NCBI GenBank assembly: GCA_951406725.2
Contig: OX597815.1
Span: 134,602,001-134,666,000, forward strand
Reading direction: 5' to 3'
Length of the DNA stretch: 64,000 nucleotides
DNA from: Octopus vulgaris
Lineage: Eukaryota
Numbering within the stretch: position 1 is the first letter of the stretch; the number at the start of each line of letters is the position of its first letter. The notes below the pieces were generated by a model. It did no database searches. It was given only the letters and a program-made list of their open reading frames with translations, and was not told the DNA's origin. Made by a program: the position numbers and the translations under genes. Positions 58,340 through 64,000 of the stretch are shown here, one piece after another.

Positions 58340-59860
58340 TATATTTAGATGTGTTCTGTATTTTTCGATGAACAAATTTTCTTTATTTATACATTTTTGT
58401 ATAGAAATTGTTCCTTTGCAATGCTAGACGGGAAAACTGTGAACTTTGGTTGGATATTACCTGTACATCTCACTAGGCGTTCACTCAAAGGAATCTGTCT
58501 GTATTGCGGGGACCGGATCTGTTCCTTATGTAGTGTGGTTCTCCGTCTCAGTGTCATACTTGTCTGTCCTATATAGTTATGTTCACAACCTGAGCAAGTT
58601 ATAACATAAATTAGATTCTCGGAAGCACAAGTGAAGTTGGGTTTAATTGTAAACCTCTCTCCTTGTTTGAATAGGAATTCCGAACCTTCCAGTAGGTTGG
58701 AGCATATTCCACAGTTTGGGCGTCTATATTCTTTAACCGTTGGTTTTGTGGTTGTGGTGTAAAGATTCGCATTTATTAGCAGTCATTTTAGCGATTTAGG
58801 TTGCTTTTTGCATTTGATGAATTTATGTGTTTTCAGATTGTTGTTCATTTTTGAATCTCTAGTGAGCATAAGTAGATTTTGTACAAATAATGTTGTATGC
58901 CTCATTGTTTCTAGGGTTGTGAGTTGATATATACAGTAGTGTTTTGAGATGAGGTCTGATATTACATTTTGTTGCCCTTAGTGTTTTAATGTCTAATTTC
59001 TTAGCATGCTTAATTTCATCGTCTATAAGTGAGGGTGGATATTGTCTTTCAGTTAGTGTTGTTTTGAGGTCTTGAAGACGAAGGTCCCGAATATTTCTAT
59101 TAGATACTATTGTGCAAATCCTTTTTGCTAAATTAGAAGGGATATTTCTTTTTGTGTGTTTCAGGTGGCATGAGCTAAACAGGAAATATTGCTTCGAGTC
59201 CGTTGGTTTATGATAAATATTAGTTATAATTTGGTTGTTGGCTTTTTTTTATCATAACATCCAAGAAAGGGAGCTGTTCTTTGCTATATCCCATTGTGAA
59301 TTGAATGTTAGGGTTAATATTATTTAGTATTGATTGGAAATCCAAAAGTTTATCAATGGTCTCCTTCCAAATGATAAAGCAGTTATCAAGGTATCTTTTC
59401 CAGTTCTCTCTTATATAATGGTGAAATGGATATCCATATTTTTGCAGTAACATTTCATATATGGAGAATTTAAAATAACTTGTTATTAGGTTCGCAAGAA
59501 CAGGGGCTGCTTTCGTTCCTATCGCAATTCCACATTTTTGACGATAGTAGGTGTCATCAAATAGGAAATAATTTTTCAAAAGTATAAATTTTAAAGGTTC
59601 AGTTATAAAGACCTGGTTTATGCGTTCCGGAAGTACTTCGGGGTACTTTTCCAGCCAGAATGTTATTGCTTCTATTCCACAGTTATGTGGATGCTGGTAT
59701 ATAGATTAATAACATCGAAGGAAACTAATAATGCCTCTTTATTAGTTGTTTTCAGTAGGTGCTCTAGCATGTCTAGAAAATTGCTTAGGCGGTGTGTTTC
59801 ACAGGCTGGGCCAGCTATAATGGGTCTTAACTTTAAGTCTTTATAATAGACAGTGAGCAA
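58340..59860 (-). mobile_element. Penelope-like element (RT + GIY-YIG endonuclease), degenerate
   Basis: RT motifs LRPIIAGP, SFDVINLYTSI, YRQKCGIAIG, WKRYLDN, IQFTM..LPFLDV and YHKPTD. GIY-YIG motif NLIYVITCSGCEHNYIGQT at ~58560-58615. Confidence 0.9.
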
Positions 59861-61014
59861 ATTAAGATGGCATATCTTTAAACATGGGTCTGCCCGTTAC
59901 TGACTAACTTAGGGCTAAACAACATTAAGAAGCGAATTATGATTCTTATTGTTTTTTTTAGCTGAAGATTATTGCCGATCGAGTAGACCTTTAATCAAAA
60001 AGCTATTCCGTTTGTTTTCGAAACATAGAATATCTATTACTACATTGTCCAAGACGTCTTTTCCTTCTTAAAAGAGCATGATAAGAGTTGAGTTACATAT
60101 GGCTGCTATTTCTCGCGGATCAAGCGACCAGGTAGAGACTCCTTTGTTGGATCGACTTCATAACAGACAGCTTTGCTCGTCTTTTACCTTATGTACTAGG
60201 CATGTAAATACTAAAGATTCACTTTACAGTTATGAAACTCTCACCTGATATCATATGAATGAACAATATTGCCAACTCATTCCTTCCTATGTTTCTGATG
60301 ACCTGATTCTGTTGGATTAGGATGATGAACCCTATTATAACCAATACTCAGTGCACTCGTGTCATCTGGAGAATACAAAGGGATGAGGTAGCTTCATATT
60401 ACTCATTCACTGGTTATATGATATCAGATGGGAAGTGAATGGTGGGTATTTTCGATTCTGATATCTCGTTTAAATGACCATTTAAGTAGTTTTTGTCTTT
60501 AGCCTTCTTTTTTCATAGTTTCATCCTCTCCTTACAAATCATCAAAAAAAATGTTGCGTATAGAAATATACACACACACACACGCGTACACAAGTATACC
60601 TACATACAAATATATAGACACATACGTACTCAGCAAAAGACTGTCTTGGTATGAATATAGAGAATCACCTTCCTTGTTACTGAGAATATACATTAAAAAC
60701 AATACAAGGAATATTGGCGGAACATTCCCATCAAAACTTCTATCAAATGCAAACATAACAGACCGGGTGTTTTTGTTTGAGAGAGAAAGAAAAAGTATGT
60801 ATGTATGTATGTATGTATGTATGTATGTATGTATGTATGTATGTATGTATGTATGTATGTATGTATGTATGTATGTATGTATGTATGTATGTATGTATGT
60901 ATGTGCGCTTGCATACGCAAATGATTAGTGTTTATCTTAAATTGTCAAATACCCATTGAATTGAGCTGTAGTAGCCAATGAAATTCACTTTAAAATATTA
61001 TTTTCTACAATGAG

Positions 61015-62018
61015 AACAAGGCCTGAAAATTTGGGGGTGGTAGTAGTCGATAACATCGACCTCGAAAAGGAGGAAAGACGAAGTTGACTTCGGCAAAATA
61101 AGAACAGACGAAATGCCGCTAAACATTTTGTCCAGTATGCTAACGGTTCTGCCAGCTCACCATCTAAATTTAATTCAGCGCAATGCTATACATATCATGT
61201 TTATATGCGCACATTTTCATAAAAAAAAAAAGAGTTAGATATACTATAGCGCTGGAGAAACATAAATATTCAATTCCAATTCAATTGTAATGGAGAAAGC
61301 AGTTGATAAGTTATCGCCCAACCAGGATAATGACTGATATGCATTTTAAGGAAATGGGATAGTACAGGTTCATATCAATAATTCTTTCTGCTATAGATAC
61401 AAAACCTGAAATTGCGGGGAAGGGGGTAGTCGATTACATCAACCCCGGTCCTCGACCGGTACCTATTTTATCGACCATAAAAGTATAAAAGGCAAAGTCG
61501 GCTTCGGCGGAATTTGAACTCAAAACGTGAAGGCGTATGAAACATCGCTAAACATTTCGCCGGGCGTGCTAACAACTCTGCCAGCTCATCGCCTTTAAGT
61601 TGATATTAATAATTCTTTTCTACTAAAGGCACAATTTGGGGGAAGAGAACTAGTCGATTACATCAACCCTAGTGTTTAACTAGTGCTTAATTTATTGATT
61701 CCGAAAGGATGAAAGGCAAAGTTGATCACGGCGAAATTTGAACTCAGAACGTAAAACCTATAAATTTCGCCCGGCTGCTAACGATTCTTATTTCTTTATT
61801 GCCCACAAGGGGCTAAACATAGAGGGGACAAACAAGGATAGACAAAGGGATTAAGTCGATTACATCGACCCCAGTGCGTAACTGGTACTTAATTTATCGA
61901 CCCCGAAAGGATGAAAGGCAAAGTCGACCTCGGCGGAATTTGAACTCAGAACGCAGCGGCGGACGAAATATCACAAAGCATTTCGCCCGGCTTGCTAACG
62001 TTTCTGCCAGCTCGCCAC
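61015..62018 (-). mobile_element. Cluster of four same-orientation SINE family B copies
   Basis: Copies at ~61015-61160, 61395-61595, 61620-61790 and 61788-62018. Confidence 0.8.
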
Positions 62019-62547
62019 CCACAGGTTCATATTAATAATGCATTTCGTTCTAATCGCTTCGTGTCAAAATGGAATGCTCAGTTAATCACTCTACATTTTG
62101 CACCGCATTATTTCACGTCTATTATGCATGGTTCATCTCAATTGAATATTAGCCAAACCTCATTGCGATGCATTCTGGAGAATTTAAATTCATGTCACAT
62201 ATATTCTTAAACCCGTAAAATCAATAAATGAAGACGAAGAGAATTTTCATCGTCAATTTCATTTCTGCGCGGAAATGTTGGTGTTCTTTTGTAATGAACC
62301 TCGTCTTATTGATAATAGAATTTGAGCTATTAGTCATAAAATTTGGTATACGATGCGACAATTCATGAAAACGATGTCTTCACCGACACAACTGTGTTTT
62401 ATGCTGCAGATAACATGCATGGAACTATAGCTAAAAGTTTGGTAATTAATGGAGTATGTCTGGACTAAGTAACAGTTCCAGTGTTACTGGGGCATTCTTT
62501 CTTTCTTTCTTTCTTTCTTTCTCTCTTTCTTTCTTTCTTTCTTTCTC

Positions 62548-62631
<84 letters not shown>

Positions 62632-63500
62632 TCAATGACATAAACAACGAAGCGAAGGAGCTGCCCACTCTTCCAAAGATAGAGGATAGTTTGAACCGCC
62701 TCGCCACGCGCCTCCCGATTACACGCTTGAATTTCCACACCCAACTTCGTTTCTTATCCTGAATGTAGGCTAATTAAATCCTCTAAGAGCGAAATAGGTA
62801 TTGTATATAATCGTATTATCGATGCATCAGCCCCAGGTTTACAGAGTTTATCTTATACAATTAATTGGTTCTGCAGTTTCAAGACTAACACACCCAACAG
62901 GTTTACCCAATTCGTCTGTCTTGAAATCCCTCCTCCTGAAGGCCCGAGACTTTGGTAGACAATTCATCAGAATTCGATCCAAAAATCATTATGAATAATC
63001 CTGGTCGGATTATTTATCGCGAACACTCTAAAGAAACATACACACCTCATAGTCAGACCTTGTACAAGGACGATTGTCTGTCTGGCAATCTCTATGCACG
63101 TGAACGGCCATGCTATTGATAAGACGAGGAAGAATCTTATAAACACTTTCCAAAAGATTCTATCTCACTGTAACTGTTTCCACCAACTTAACTTCTTGGG
63201 CGTAACCTTTAAACACAAGATATGCAAATACTATACCTACAGAAAACCTAATCAGGAAACTGTCAATACCCCCAAACACCTCAACCACTGTAATTAGAAA
63301 GCTAGTCTTCAAGAAGATTTCACTCTACTGTAACGCGGCACTAGCGAGGAATGAGTGACTTTACTGATAAATTTGTGTATACGGAAGATTTCTACCACAT
63401 CCTTAAATCTAAAAATAATTAAGGAAAGGCAATTTGTTTTAACCCTCCAATCTAGATGTTTCCACCAATGTAAGTGATGAAATTCTAACAGCTGATCAGA
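62632..63500 (+). pseudogene. Decayed Penelope-like RT fragment (second lineage)
   Basis: Residual CRLI..SKSEIG, YKDDCL, LNFLGVT and YYTYRKPN motifs in mixed frames. Confidence 0.55.
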
Positions 63501-63709
63501 ATCCGGCCTCTAAAAAACTGTAGTATTTAGAACCCTCTGCACACCATCCAATGGCATTGCGTAACGCTACACTGGCATTACAGCCAATAAATTTAAGAGA
63601 AGATACATACAACACACGCATTTGTTCAGATGTAGGGACAATGAAAACTTTACCTCCCGTCCCAATTCATCTGGAGACTCCGGGATCATCGAAACAGCTT
63701 TCCAACATC

Positions 63710-63940
63710 CGGCGAGCTAGCAGAAACGTTAGCACGCCGGGCGAAATGCTTAGCGGCATTTCGTCTGCCGTTACGTTGTGAGTTCAAATTCCGCCGAGGT
63801 CGACTTTGCCTTTCATCCTTTCGGGGTCGATAAATTAAGTACCAGTTACGCACTGGGGTCGATGTAATCAACTTAATACCTATGTCTGTCCTTGTTTGCC
63901 CCCTCTGTGTTTAGCCCCTTGTGAGTAATAAAGAAATAGG
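63710..63940 (+). mobile_element. SINE family B, near full length
   Basis: GGCGAGCTAGCAGAAACGTTAGC..GAGTTCAAATTCCGCCGAGGTCGACTTTGCCTTTCATCC..AATAAAGAAATA. Confidence 0.85.
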
Positions 63941-64000
63941 TATATCCTTGAGACGGATATACCACTGGTATATCCTTAATCACCTGGTACTCGTAATCGC

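Overview
This is AT-rich, microsatellite-saturated eukaryotic DNA. The repeat repertoire strongly suggests an octopus/coleoid cephalopod genome; that is inferred from recalled SINE and LINE families, not verified. Only one host-gene exon is supportable: the terminal coding exon (minus strand, 56890-57065) of a huckebein-like SP/KLF-related C2H2 zinc-finger gene, whose upstream exon(s) were not found in the window. The rest is mostly transposon debris: a CR1/L2-group LINE with a long intact RT ORF, a Tx1/L1-like LINE, RTE fragments, R4/Dong-type fragments (often next to TAA repeats), two Penelope-like fragments, a mariner remnant and several SINE families. The main unexplained structure is a dense population of type I hammerhead ribozyme motifs (CUGANGA...GAAAC-palindrome-GUH). 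They include a head-to-tail array of 219-bp units with one hammerhead each (retrozyme/circRNA-like, 25120-25718), dispersed relatives, hammerheads with long helix II, and fold-back palindromes whose symmetry axis lies within or beside a hammerhead. Most ORFs in the track are microsatellite artefacts.
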